A model generated the notes under the pieces. That model was not told the origin of the DNA. It saw only the letters and a program-made list of their open reading frames with translations, and searched no databases. Below are positions 38,073-48,015 of a DNA stretch of 64,000 bases, one piece after another. A program made the translations under genes and the position numbers. This DNA comes from Candidatus Poribacteria bacterium. GTDB lineage: Bacteria > Poribacteria > WGA-4E > PCPOR2b. The stretch is taken from contig OZ244587.1 of NCBI GenBank assembly GCA_965218095.1, forward strand, positions 704,001-768,000, read 5' to 3'. Within the stretch, counting starts at the first letter, position 1. Each line of letters opens with the position of its first letter.

Positions 38073-39334
38073 TACAAATTCATTTCCTCCGGAAGCGGAC
38101 ACATTTGACTCAAGGGCCCAAAGATTCCACTGACATCTTTCCTATAAATATTGCCGCTGAGTATGTCAACGATTCCCTGCTGGCACTCCGGGAACCGTTT
38201 CAAGAATCTGGCAAAACTGAAGTCCCTCGTATAAAAGGCATATACCAGTTTACGAATGGCTTCCATTCCCGGCACAAATTCAGGTCCGAAACACCCCAAT
38301 TGCTCGCCTGAAAAATCTCCCTTTGCAAAAGCTTCATTGATGGCATCCGCTGCCATCTCGCCGGATTTGAGTGCGAGAAACAGTCCGGAGGAATAGACGG
38401 GATCTAAAAATCCAAAAGCATCCCCGACGAGCACCCAACCATCTCCGGCAATTTGACTGGCTCGATAGGAGAAATCTTTGGTGACTTTAACCGGGAAGAC
38501 CTGCTTTGCATTTGCGAGTCGCGGTTTCAAGGCAGGGCACTTTTCGAGTTCATCATCAAAAATCTGCTGGTGGGAGAGTGATTTGCGGTTCTGTATTAGA
38601 TAATCGATTGAAGCGACTACACCCACGCTCACGCGATTATAGGGAAGTGGGATGTACCAGAACCACGAATCCTTATTCTCGGTGTGGAGAATTAATGTCG
38701 CGCCCTCGTCAATGCCTTCATCCCGAACCCCGCCCGCAAAGTGTGTAAAAATCGAAGCCTTTTTCAGGTTAGGCTCCGTTGTGTTTATTTTCAACTTCCG
38801 CGAAATCAGGGCGCTTTGCCCCGTCGAATCCACGATGATTTTTGCCGGGAATTCTTTTATATTTCCGTCCGAAAGCTTTGCCCGGACACCAACCGCTTTT
38901 TCACCTCCAAACAACACCTCGTGAACACTGACCCCTCGTTGCACTTCCGCCCCTTTTTCCTGAGCATTTTCGAGCAGCATCTGGTCAAACTCGCTGCGAA
39001 GCACTTGCCAGGTCACAGAACGCTCATGGGGGTCACTTTGGTAAAAATAGAACGGCGAGGACGCTCTTCCAGAACCAGAATAAAACTGGACGCTGTATTT
39101 TTTGGGGAAATGACTGGCTTTCAGTTTTTCCAGAACGCCCAGCCGCTTAAATGTCCAATAAGTCGCCGGCATCAGCGATTCGCCGATCTTAAACCGGGAG
39201 GATTTATCGCGTTCCAGAAGCAGGATCCGATGTCCCTTCTCTGCGACTAATGCGGCGGTGGTGCTGCCCCCAGGCCCACCACCGATGACGATTACGTCGT
39301 AGTTGTTATTTTGAGGAAAGTTTAGTTTTTTCAT
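38072..39334 (-). CDS. FAD-dependent oxidoreductase, flavin halogenase (CmlS/PltA-like) family
   Basis: GGGPGG, FKIGESLMP, FPKKY, RSEFDQML, WFWYIPL (WxWxIP), GDAFGFLDPVYSSG. Confidence 0.85.
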   Translation of the reverse strand: MKKLNFPQNNNYDVIVIGGGPGGSTTAALVAEKGHRILLLERDKSSRFKIGESLMPATYWTFKRLGVLEKLKASHFPKKYSVQFYSGSGRASSPFYFYQSDPHERSVTWQVLRSEFDQMLLENAQEKGAEVQRGVSVHEVLFGGEKAVGVRAKLSDGNIKEFPAKIIVDSTGQSALISRKLKINTTEPNLKKASIFTHFAGGVRDEGIDEGATLILHTENKDSWFWYIPLPYNRVSVGVVASIDYLIQNRKSLSHQQIFDDELEKCPALKPRLANAKQVFPVKVTKDFSYRASQIAGDGWVLVGDAFGFLDPVYSSGLFLALKSGEMAADAINEAFAKGDFSGEQLGCFGPEFVPGMEAIRKLVYAFYTRDFSFARFLKRFPECQQGIVDILSGNIYRKDVSGIFGPLSQMCPLPEEMNL

Positions 39335-39525
39335 CGTTCATATTCGGTTTTTGCTGTTGAATCTTGCTCAGGTTGCAGGTTTACTTCTTGCGTTTTCCAC
39401 AAGCGGTACAGTTCAATTGTCCGCCTCATGAGCCATTTCTGGTCACTTGGGACAATGATTTTGACACCTTCATCCACTAATTCTTCCAGACGCCACCATC
39501 AAAACTGATCAGCTACTCTCCTAAC

Positions 39526-40872
39526 TCACTCACTTATCACGTTTCCATTGAGACGACGATAGTCCGTCAACCGCCGTGCCTTCAACTCAAAGCGAGGCAA
39601 CGTCCCATGAACCACCGGCTTCACATCCACACGTAGTCCCAAGGCATCCCGAATCGCTCTAGTGACGGCAGCGGCAATCCTGTCAGATTCAGCGTTGCTA
39701 ACCTCCAGCCGAATCTCCATTTCATCGAGCACCTGCCGGCGATAAACGTCCACCGCAAACTCGCCTACTTCGGGGAAACGGCGGACGATGTTTTCAATGG
39801 CGCTAGGATAGACATTTACGCCGCGTATAATCAGTGCGTCGTCGATTCGTCCGATGACGCCGCCTTCCAAACGCCAAAATGTACGACCGCATTCGCACGG
39901 TTCGGTTTGCAGCTTGACCTGATCGCCGGTGCGGTAGCGGATCACTGGCATGCCAACCCGGCGGAGATTGGTGATAACCAGCTCGCCTTCTTCGGCTGGC
40001 TCACCCGTGGCAGGATTGATGACCTCGCAAATGAATTCACCCTCGTTCAGATGAACGCCCGCCTGTGCCTGACACTCAAACCCCCACGCCCCCACTTCGG
40101 TCGCGCCGGCATGATCGTAACACTTTGCCCTCCACGCGCTTTCGATCCGATGTTTCGTCCCCGGCAGGCTAGCCCCCGGCTCACCAGCGTGAATGGTGAT
40201 GCGAACGTTGGTGTTCGCAATGTCAATCCCCTCCGCTTCGGCGACCTCAGCAAGGCGTAACGCATAAGTCGGCGTACAGATCAAAGTCGAGATGTCATTG
40301 AACCGGATTGCTCTCAGTCGCTGAAGGGAGGTCATCCCGCCGCCCGGAATGGACAGTGCGCCAATGTGGCGAGCCCCTTCGTGGGCGCTCCAGAAGCCGA
40401 TAAACGGACCGAAGGAAAAGGCGAAGAAGATCCGATCGCCCGAGGTCACACTGGCCGCACGATACACCGCCCCCCAGCAGCACGCCCACCAATTCCAACT
40501 CTCCTCGGTATCCAGCCAGCGTAACGGTTCGCCGGTCGTACCAGAGGTTTGATGGATGCGGATGTACCGCTCGCAGGGAAAGGTGAGATTGGTACCATAG
40601 GGTGGGTGAGCTGTCTGATCAGTAGAAAGCTCCTCTTTGGTGGTAAAGGGCGCCTGTCGGTAATCTTCAAGTGTTCGCACATCCTCCGGATGCTTCACCC
40701 CCGCTTCGCCCAGCTTTCGCTGATAGAAGGGGTTGGTCTGCAACACCGGGGAAAGCATCATCTGCAATTTCTTTAATTGGATCTGCGTTAGTGCTTCTCG
40801 CCCCAGCGTTTCAATGCAAGGGTCAAAGTAACTTATTGTCTCCATGTGCGTAAAACTGAAATGGAGAGGCAC
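39526..40872 (-). CDS. Phenylacetate-CoA ligase (PaaK)-like aryl acid adenylating enzyme
   Basis: PFTTKEEL, HQTSGTTGEP, AGEPG, AGATE, IRYRTGD, GRIDD, RGVNVYP. Confidence 0.9.
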   Translation of the reverse strand: MPLHFSFTHMETISYFDPCIETLGREALTQIQLKKLQMMLSPVLQTNPFYQRKLGEAGVKHPEDVRTLEDYRQAPFTTKEELSTDQTAHPPYGTNLTFPCERYIRIHQTSGTTGEPLRWLDTEESWNWWACCWGAVYRAASVTSGDRIFFAFSFGPFIGFWSAHEGARHIGALSIPGGGMTSLQRLRAIRFNDISTLICTPTYALRLAEVAEAEGIDIANTNVRITIHAGEPGASLPGTKHRIESAWRAKCYDHAGATEVGAWGFECQAQAGVHLNEGEFICEVINPATGEPAEEGELVITNLRRVGMPVIRYRTGDQVKLQTEPCECGRTFWRLEGGVIGRIDDALIIRGVNVYPSAIENIVRRFPEVGEFAVDVYRRQVLDEMEIRLEVSNAESDRIAAAVTRAIRDALGLRVDVKPVVHGTLPRFELKARRLTDYRRLNGNVISE

Positions 40873-40904
40873 GGTACGCCATGCCCCTACAGGAAAGTCA
40901 ACGA

Positions 40905-41393
40905 TTAGGGATTTTCATTTATTCGCTCAGACGTTGCTAGAGGGCGGGTCATCTCAAAGGTCCCCGTGTATTTTCGGCTGGTATAGAAACCGACGAATTT
41001 TTCTTCAGTCGCTCGGCCAATCCAGTCGTAGGTGCCGCCATCCTGTTTGCCGAGATCGGCGCTGCCTTTGAACAAGACAACCTCCCCGACCCGCCGACCA
41101 GGCATCTGAATCGTATACTTATAGGGACGACCACATTCGCCCTCAAATGTCGCTTCCCATTTATCGGGACTTAACGCCACCACACGACAATCCAGACGCT
41201 GCTGATAATTTTGTGGGGCGCCTGAGACTCCCCAAGTTCCAACCCAATCGCCGCTGATGCGGGGTTGTTCAGCCTGCTGGTATACTAGCTGGGTTTGGCT
41301 GATTTGCGAGGATTTATCTGAGTGGCTACATCCCACACCGAAAATTACGCCTGAAAGCAATACGGCTACTGCTGAAAGTGTGCTAAAACGCAT
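40905..41393 (-). CDS. Hypothetical lipoprotein
   Basis: GGAGG RBS, lipobox FGVGC, beta-rich domain with two Cys. Confidence 0.7.
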   Translation of the reverse strand: MRFSTLSAVAVLLSGVIFGVGCSHSDKSSQISQTQLVYQQAEQPRISGDWVGTWGVSGAPQNYQQRLDCRVVALSPDKWEATFEGECGRPYKYTIQMPGRRVGEVVLFKGSADLGKQDGGTYDWIGRATEEKFVGFYTSRKYTGTFEMTRPLATSERINENP

Positions 41394-41489
41394 TTTATCA
41401 AACCTCCTTGCGTCAAATGTGAAACGTGATGTGTGGTGCAATTGACGCTTGTCAATTGCAGATTGCAGATTACTGATTTTCTGCTTGGT

Positions 41490-42758
41490 TTAATTCTGTT
41501 CTGTCATGTCTAAACAGACCATTTCCTTCTGGTTTCGGAGATAAAGTCTGCCACCGGCGAGCGTTGGAACGGTCCAACATTTTCCTTGTAGGACCTGAAC
41601 GCTGGCTTTCTCTTTATATTCCGAAACTAACGCTTCGACCAACGCCAGTTTGCCTTGATCTCCAAGGACAATTAAATGACCATCGGCGAGAATCAAAGTA
41701 CCTTTGCCGAAGCCACGTTGTTTCCATTGTTCCTCCCCGGTGTTTGCCTTGATACACTTTAGGATAGTGTTGTCGAAACCGTACAGATAGTCACCTTGAA
41801 GCACTGACGAGTTGAAATGATTCTTCATCACGCGACTCTGCCATGCTTCCTCAACCACCATCCCATCCGGATCGGCTTTCATTTTGAGGAGTACAGCACC
41901 CTTGTCGTACGAAGCAGAGATGAAAATTTTATCCGGCGCGATGAAGATTGGCGTGGCGATATTGATACCCTCTGGCCAGTGATACTTCCAGTAAATCTGA
42001 CCGTCCTTTGGCGCAACAGAAAGGAGGGTCTTCGATGTTAGAAAAATGATCTGCCGCATGCCATTGAACGTTATGGCAATCGGCGATGAATATGCCGGCG
42101 CGTCTGTATGGGAAGTCCACATCACATGGCCGCTTTTTTTGTCAAATGCGACTATGGATTTTCCAACCTCGCCGCCGACTTCAACCAAAAGGAGATCGCC
42201 TTCAACGAGAGGTGATGAGGAGAATCCCCACGCAGGTATACTGCTACCGAATTCCTCTACGAAATCATGTTCCCACAATTTTTCCCCGTTGCGGGTGTCT
42301 AAGGCGTAGAGCTTGCCTTCTGCCCCCAGCGCAAAAACCCAATCGCCGTCAACGGTCGGCATTGAGCGTGGGCCATCGCCGCGTTGTTCGGTGAATTTGG
42401 AGCCGGACGGACATCGCCAAATTTCCTCTCCATTGGATGCATCTAGGCAAATTACAAACTCGTTGTCACCTTCCGCGGACATCGTGTAGATATGTCCTTG
42501 TGAAATGGCAATAGCCGAAAAACCATCCCCAATCGGGACTCGCCATAAGACATTGGGGCCGTCCTCTGGCCAATTTTTGAGAAAACCGGTTTCATGGGAA
42601 ATCCCATCACGATTGGGCCCGCGCCATTGGGGCCACTCCTCTCCGATATCATCACCGATTTCAGCATTTACTATTCCACTGCTGAAATGCCATGCCAAAA
42701 ACAGCGCGGCCACTGCCAAAAATTTGCTCAAACGGATCAATCGATTTCTACTTCGCAT
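41490..42758 (-). CDS. PQQ-binding-like beta-propeller protein (secreted)
   Basis: Signal peptide; EWPQWRGPNRDG, GPRSMPTV, GFSSSPLV, AYSSPI, CWTVPTLAGGRLYLRN. Confidence 0.9.
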   Translation of the reverse strand: MRSRNRLIRLSKFLAVAALFLAWHFSSGIVNAEIGDDIGEEWPQWRGPNRDGISHETGFLKNWPEDGPNVLWRVPIGDGFSAIAISQGHIYTMSAEGDNEFVICLDASNGEEIWRCPSGSKFTEQRGDGPRSMPTVDGDWVFALGAEGKLYALDTRNGEKLWEHDFVEEFGSSIPAWGFSSSPLVEGDLLLVEVGGEVGKSIVAFDKKSGHVMWTSHTDAPAYSSPIAITFNGMRQIIFLTSKTLLSVAPKDGQIYWKYHWPEGINIATPIFIAPDKIFISASYDKGAVLLKMKADPDGMVVEEAWQSRVMKNHFNSSVLQGDYLYGFDNTILKCIKANTGEEQWKQRGFGKGTLILADGHLIVLGDQGKLALVEALVSEYKEKASVQVLQGKCWTVPTLAGGRLYLRNQKEMVCLDMTEQN

Positions 42759-42892
42759 TGTTGAAACTTCCTGATGTGAAATGAAAAGCGTAAAACGTGG
42801 TGCGTGAAACATAATTTAGTACAACCAATAAGCCCATGTTTCAGTGGATTCACATTAGTCAACAAAATGGTTGCCACATCTGGTCGGCCCCT

Positions 42893-43525
42893 CTAAGACC
42901 ACATACGCGCTGATTCATCAAACGGGAACTTTTCATTAATCAGCATCATTGGCTGTCCGTCGGCGATGATACGATACATGCGACTGATAAACATCTCATC
43001 CGCCAGATGCCCGATAGCGGGTGGCAATTCCCTGGCGTGTTCCAGCCCATACCACAGCAGTTCACGCCGGGTCTCTACCCGGCTGCGGCGCAAGAGATCG
43101 CCTAGCCCCTCGTCATCAACCTCCAAACCCTGTTTAATCACCTCTGGAAGCCGGTCCGACACAATGAGGGACATCGCGTATACATAGAGAGTAGACTTGC
43201 CTTGCAGTAGCACCTGACGGGCAATCACAGCGGTTCCTTCAGGCGCTTCAAGCCAGACGTGATCGGTGGATAGGCGTTGCGTCTCCTGGTTGAGCCGGAC
43301 AATTTCTACCGGCTCCATTGTGTAAGCTTCGATGAATTGTGTCACCGTGCCATCAATGACCAGCAAAGCACGCTGAAATGGAGTAAGCGTCCTCAGATCA
43401 ATCGCATCCAGGTACGCCGGTTTAGCAAATTGAGCGACAAAAAGATCTCTCATCTGTTTGCTGGTAAGATAGCTTGGATTAAGACGGGATGAGGTTACCT
43501 CGCCTGTACAGGTATTCGAATTCAT
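42893..43525 (-). CDS. Chorismate pyruvate-lyase (UbiC/DUF98)-like protein
   Basis: QRALLVIDGTVTQFIE, RQVLLQG, YAMSLI, GLGDLL, ETRREL, SRMYRI, MLINEKFP. Confidence 0.8.
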   Translation of the reverse strand: MNSNTCTGEVTSSRLNPSYLTSKQMRDLFVAQFAKPAYLDAIDLRTLTPFQRALLVIDGTVTQFIEAYTMEPVEIVRLNQETQRLSTDHVWLEAPEGTAVIARQVLLQGKSTLYVYAMSLIVSDRLPEVIKQGLEVDDEGLGDLLRRSRVETRRELLWYGLEHARELPPAIGHLADEMFISRMYRIIADGQPMMLINEKFPFDESARMWS

Positions 43526-43531
43526 CGGTCT

Positions 43532-44560
43532 CTAATCCCCTGCTTTGATTTCCCCCCACAAAGCCGGGAGCTTTCCTTTGGCTTCGACCCTGAAATCTCC
43601 GGGTCCGAGGTCATATTCTTCCACAGTCAAAAGTGCAGGGCCTAAACCTGCCGCTGCCCCACCGATGACATAGATCTTCTCATTCACGACGCTCGTCGAT
43701 AAAAACACTCTTTCGGTCGGCATGTCTGCTTTCGGCGTCCATTTGTCTGTCGGTGGCTGGTATTCTTCTACGGTTGAAAGACCGGGGCCCTGCACAACCT
43801 CCGTTCCCCCAACGGCATAGATCCTTCCATTGACGACGCTGGTGGATAAAGCCGTTCTCTTGGTTGGCATATCGGACTTCTTCGTCCATGTATCCGTTGC
43901 TGGATCATATTCTTCTACCGTCGGAAGCACAGGCCCCTGCAAGGCGAAGACTCCCCCGATAAGATAGATCTTTCCGTTGACGACACTGCTAGACATGCCT
44001 GCCCTCGCCGCAACCATGTCGGCTTTTTTCGTCCACTTGTCCGCCGCGGGATGGTATTCTTCTACGGTTCGAAGCACAGGGCCAAAATTGGTTGCCGTTC
44101 CGCCAAAGGCATAAATCTTTCCGTTCACCGCACTGGTAGAAAAGAACACTCTTGCGGTTGGCATATCGGCTTTCTGGGTCCATCTGTCCGCCGCGGGATG
44201 GTATTCTTCTACAGTCGAAAGCGCCGGGCGATCGTTACTCCAGCCACCAATGACATAAATCTTTCCGTCTACCACACTGATGGATACGCCCGCCCTTGCG
44301 GTTGGCATATCGGCTTTCTGGGTCCATTTGTCCTGAGCCGGATCGTACGCTTCCACGGTCGCGAGAACACCGGCGCCCCCAACGCCGCCAATAGCATAAA
44401 TCCTTCCGTTTACCGAGGCGGTGGCGAAAAACATCTTTGCGGCCGGCATGTCGGCTTTCAGCGTCCATTTCTCCTCTGCTGCAAGACTCATTGAAGAAAA
44501 ACCCAACAACTCACTGAGCCACCATCCGAATCCGAACATCCAAACAAAATATCGTTTCAT
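43532..44560 (-). CDS. Secreted Kelch-repeat protein (six blades) with a GKLxxxWGxIK tail
   Basis: Six repeats of VNGKIYxxGG...TVEEYxPxxDxWTxKADMPT; ends VEAKGKLPALWGEIK. The ORF-track extension to 44779 reads through a relic. Confidence 0.9.
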   Translation of the reverse strand: MKRYFVWMFGFGWWLSELLGFSSMSLAAEEKWTLKADMPAAKMFFATASVNGRIYAIGGVGGAGVLATVEAYDPAQDKWTQKADMPTARAGVSISVVDGKIYVIGGWSNDRPALSTVEEYHPAADRWTQKADMPTARVFFSTSAVNGKIYAFGGTATNFGPVLRTVEEYHPAADKWTKKADMVAARAGMSSSVVNGKIYLIGGVFALQGPVLPTVEEYDPATDTWTKKSDMPTKRTALSTSVVNGRIYAVGGTEVVQGPGLSTVEEYQPPTDKWTPKADMPTERVFLSTSVVNEKIYVIGGAAAGLGPALLTVEEYDLGPGDFRVEAKGKLPALWGEIKAGD

Positions 44561-44636
44561 GATAAGACTTTTCCCAATAATGATAAGGACGACATCTGTC
44601 CATGAAGAAAAGGAGATGTGAAACGTGAAGCCAGGA

Positions 44637-44835
44637 TTGATTTGCCGAATACCATCAACTGTGATGGCAATGGGCGATGAATATGCGGGCACGTCTGTGT
44701 GGGAAGTCCACACTACACTGCCGCTTTGTTTGTCAAAGGCAATAATAGATTTTCCTGCCTTGTTGCCAACTTCAACCAAAAGCAGATCGTCCTCAACAAT
44801 CCGATCAAAGGGAAAAACCGATTTTTACTTTTCAT
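44637..44835 (-). pseudogene. Relic of another PQQ-like propeller paralog
   Basis: VEDDLLLVEVGNKAGKSIIAFDKQSGSVVWTSHTDVPAYSSPIAITVDGIRQI is nearly identical to internal segments of 41490-42758 and 44896-46170. Confidence 0.7.
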
Positions 44836-44895
44836 AGAAACATCCTTTTTAAATTGACGATTGTCAATCGCCGATTGCCCTGGATAAATCGGGTT

Positions 44896-46170
44896 CTACC
44901 GACTCGTCATATCTAAACAAACTATCGCCTTTTCGTTTCGGAGATAGAGTTTACCACCAGCAAGCGTCGGCGCCGTCCAGCAGAGTCCACTCAGCACTTC
45001 GGCGCTCGCGCTTTCTTTATACCCTGCAGGTGTTGCTTCAGCTAACGCCAGTTTGCCACGATCACTGAGGATAATCAAGTGACCATCAGCAAGAATTAGA
45101 GTGCCTTTCCCAAGACCGCGTGTCTTCCATTTTTCCTCGCCGGTGCTTGCCTCAATACACTTCAAGATGGAATTGTCGAAGCCATACAGATGATTTCCGT
45201 AAAGAACTGAAGAGGCAAAATGATTCTTCAGTTTGCGACTTTTCCAGATTTCTTCAACCCTTATTGTGCCTTGGTTTTCCCTGATTTGCACCCTTGCAGT
45301 GCGGTCATCATCGGGCGAGACGAAAACTCTCATCTGTAGCATGGCGGCACCCTTGTCATACCCGGAGGATATGAAGACTTTATCCGGCGGAATAAAGACC
45401 GGCGTGGCGGCGTTGATATCGTAACCGGTCTTCCACGGGTATTTCCAGTAAATTGTTCCATCGGTTGGAGAGACAGAAACCAGCTTAGTTCCTGTAAAAA
45501 AGATGATTTGTCGAATCCCCTTGACCGTAATGGCGATAGGCGATGAATATCCAAGTTTGTCTTTATGAGAACTCCATATCACATCGCCGTTTTTTTTATC
45601 AAAGGCAACGATAGATTTTTCACCCTTCCCACCGACTTCAACCAAAAGCAACTCCCCATCAACCAGCGGCGATGTGCTGAACCCCCATCTGGGCATTTCG
45701 CTTCCGAACTCTTGCTGCAAATTATGTGACCAGACCTTTTTCCCATTCTCGGCATTCAGGGCATACAGTTTGCCATGGGCACTGATTGTAAAGAGGAGAG
45801 CCCCGTCAACCGTCGGGGTTGCACGAGGCCCATTGCCACCCTGACCCTCGTAGTAATTGTTATCCGATCGGAAACGCCAAATTTCCCCCCCATCTGTGGC
45901 ATTGAGGCAAACGACAAACTCGTCGTTCCCTTTGGAGAACATGGTGTAGACCCGTCCCTGAGAAACAGAGATACCAGAAAATCCCCCTCCAAGTGGGATC
46001 TTCCAAAGCACTTTGGGACCGCTCGGGGACCACTCCTTGAGGAGTCCCATTTCATCGGAGACCCCATCGCGATTGGGGCCCCGCCATTGGGGCCATTCCG
46101 TAGCTCTGGTCGTTAAAATACTGCTGCAAAGCAACACGGACACGATTAAAAAAGTTGTGATTTTTTTCAT
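44896..46170 (-). CDS. PQQ-binding-like beta-propeller protein (secreted), paralog of 41490-42758
   Basis: EWPQWRGPNRDG, GPRATPTV, GFSTSPLV, GYSSPI, CWTAPTLAGGKLYLRN. Confidence 0.9.
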   Translation of the reverse strand: MKKITTFLIVSVLLCSSILTTRATEWPQWRGPNRDGVSDEMGLLKEWSPSGPKVLWKIPLGGGFSGISVSQGRVYTMFSKGNDEFVVCLNATDGGEIWRFRSDNNYYEGQGGNGPRATPTVDGALLFTISAHGKLYALNAENGKKVWSHNLQQEFGSEMPRWGFSTSPLVDGELLLVEVGGKGEKSIVAFDKKNGDVIWSSHKDKLGYSSPIAITVKGIRQIIFFTGTKLVSVSPTDGTIYWKYPWKTGYDINAATPVFIPPDKVFISSGYDKGAAMLQMRVFVSPDDDRTARVQIRENQGTIRVEEIWKSRKLKNHFASSVLYGNHLYGFDNSILKCIEASTGEEKWKTRGLGKGTLILADGHLIILSDRGKLALAEATPAGYKESASAEVLSGLCWTAPTLAGGKLYLRNEKAIVCLDMTSR

Positions 46171-46208
46171 TATAATCTCACGTTGGAAAAACTCTTTTTC
46201 TAAATATG

Positions 46209-46247
46209 ACCCGAATTGTTACTTATAGGGTAGGTCGCAACTTAGGT
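46209..46247. mobile_element. 39-bp IS982 end relic
   Basis: TAGGTCGCAACTTAGGT matches the reverse complement of 4076-4092 at 16/17; ACCCGAATTGTTA resembles the other IS end at 10/13. Confidence 0.5.
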
Positions 46248-46311
46248 TATATTAACAAAGATTCAATGAGCCTTGTACCTATTAGATCTATGGTCACCCC
46301 TCCGGTTCGAT

Positions 46312-47952
46312 TCAACGTCGAGGGACATCTAAAGCGATGTCCACTGGATTATCCAATTGGGTGATGAGGTCTTGTATATTAGACCCATCAAGGTTAGCAC
46401 ACTGAATCTTATTCGTACCATTGTCTATCCAATACATCTTGTCGCCGTCAACATCTAAGGCAATGCCCGCTAGAAAGGCAATACCCCCTAGCGTATCCAA
46501 TTGATTGACGATGACGAGGTCTTGTACATTGGATCCATCAAGGTTGGCACGCTGAATCTTATCCGTACGAATGGTTGTCCAATACATCTTGCCGCCGTCA
46601 ACATCTAGGGCAATGCGCTGTGCCGTATGCAATTGAGTGACGAGGTCTTGTACATTGGATCCATCAAGGTTAGCACGCTGAATCTTACCCTTACGATCGT
46701 CTATCCAATACATCTTGTCGTCGTCAACATCTAAGGCGATGCCCGATAGTTCACGCACTCCGGTGACGAGGTCTTGTACATTGGATCCATCAAGGTTGGC
46801 ACACTGAATCTTACTCTTACCACCGTCCGCCCAGTACATCTTGTCGTCGTCAACATTTAAGGCGATGTCCAATGGTACATTCAATCGAGTGATGAGGTCT
46901 TGTACATTGGATCCATCAAGGTCGGCACGCTGGATCTTATTCCTGTATGTGTCTGTCCAATAGATCATACCGCCTGTAACATCCAAGGCAATGTCCCGTG
47001 GCGTACCCGTATCCCATCGAGTGATGAGGTCTTGGACATTGGAACCATCAAGGTTGGCACGTTGAATCTTACCCGTATTCCAGTTCGCCCAGTACATCTT
47101 GCTATCTGCGACATCCAAGGCGATACCCGATAGTTTAAACACTCCGGTAACGAGGTCTTGGACATTGGATCCATCGAGGTTGGCACGTTGAATCTTATTC
47201 GTCCCCCTGTCTGTCCAATACATCTTGCCGCCGCCAACATCTAAGGCAATGCCCTGTGGCGTATCCAATCGAGTGATGAGGTCTTGGACATTGGAACCAT
47301 CAAGGTTGGCACACTGAATCTTACCTACGCCATTGTCCGTCCAGTACATCTTGCCGCCGTCAATATCTAAGGCGATGCCCGCTGGCGTATCCAATCGAGT
47401 GATGAGGCCTTGGACATTGGAACCATCAAGGTTGGCACACTGAATCTTACCTACACCATTGTCCGTCCAGTACATCTTGCTGCCGTCAACATCTAAGGCG
47501 ATACCCATTGGATTATCCAATTGAGTGACGAGGTCTTGGACATTGGAACCATCAAGGTTGGCACACTGAATATTCGTCCCCCTGTCTGTCCAATACATCT
47601 TGCCGCCGTCAACATCTAAGGCGATACCCTGTGGCGTACCTAAGAGACTGACGAGGTCTTGGACATTGGAACCATCAAGGTTAGCACGTTGAATCTTAGT
47701 TGTACCCACGTCTGTCCAATACATCTTGCCGCCGTCAACATCTAAGGCGATGCCCGCTGGATTATCCAATTGAGTGACGAGGTCTTGTACATTGGAACCA
47801 TCAAGGTTGGCACGCTGAATCTTACCTATACCACTGTCTGTCCAGTACATATGAGTTGCTGTTGGTGCGACATCCTCATCGTCCTGTCCACAACCTGAAA
47901 AAGATATTAAGCCCAAAATCAACGATGCCGTCAAAACTAAGCTTTTTTTCAT
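46312..47952 (-). CDS. Lipoprotein with 12 LDL-receptor class B (YWTD) repeats
   Basis: Lipobox FSGC; 12 copies of GIALDVxxxKMYWTD...KIQRANLDGSNVQDL; about 126-bp DNA repeats. Confidence 0.93.
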   Translation of the reverse strand: MKKSLVLTASLILGLISFSGCGQDDEDVAPTATHMYWTDSGIGKIQRANLDGSNVQDLVTQLDNPAGIALDVDGGKMYWTDVGTTKIQRANLDGSNVQDLVSLLGTPQGIALDVDGGKMYWTDRGTNIQCANLDGSNVQDLVTQLDNPMGIALDVDGSKMYWTDNGVGKIQCANLDGSNVQGLITRLDTPAGIALDIDGGKMYWTDNGVGKIQCANLDGSNVQDLITRLDTPQGIALDVGGGKMYWTDRGTNKIQRANLDGSNVQDLVTGVFKLSGIALDVADSKMYWANWNTGKIQRANLDGSNVQDLITRWDTGTPRDIALDVTGGMIYWTDTYRNKIQRADLDGSNVQDLITRLNVPLDIALNVDDDKMYWADGGKSKIQCANLDGSNVQDLVTGVRELSGIALDVDDDKMYWIDDRKGKIQRANLDGSNVQDLVTQLHTAQRIALDVDGGKMYWTTIRTDKIQRANLDGSNVQDLVIVNQLDTLGGIAFLAGIALDVDGDKMYWIDNGTNKIQCANLDGSNIQDLITQLDNPVDIALDVPRR

Positions 47953-48015
47953 CGGATTTTCCTTTCTTTTGAAATGGGGTGCAATAGATATTATACCCCG
48001 ATTTCCATCCCCTTT

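Noticed and set aside
44561-44779. Apparent PQQ-Kelch fusion protein
   Set aside because: Read-through of a propeller relic and a heptamer repeat; the Kelch signal peptide starts at 44560.
46312-47952. Regular ~126-bp DNA repeats as a CRISPR array or DGR
   Set aside because: They are in-frame protein repeats; no reverse transcriptase or adenine-specific template/variable pair was seen.
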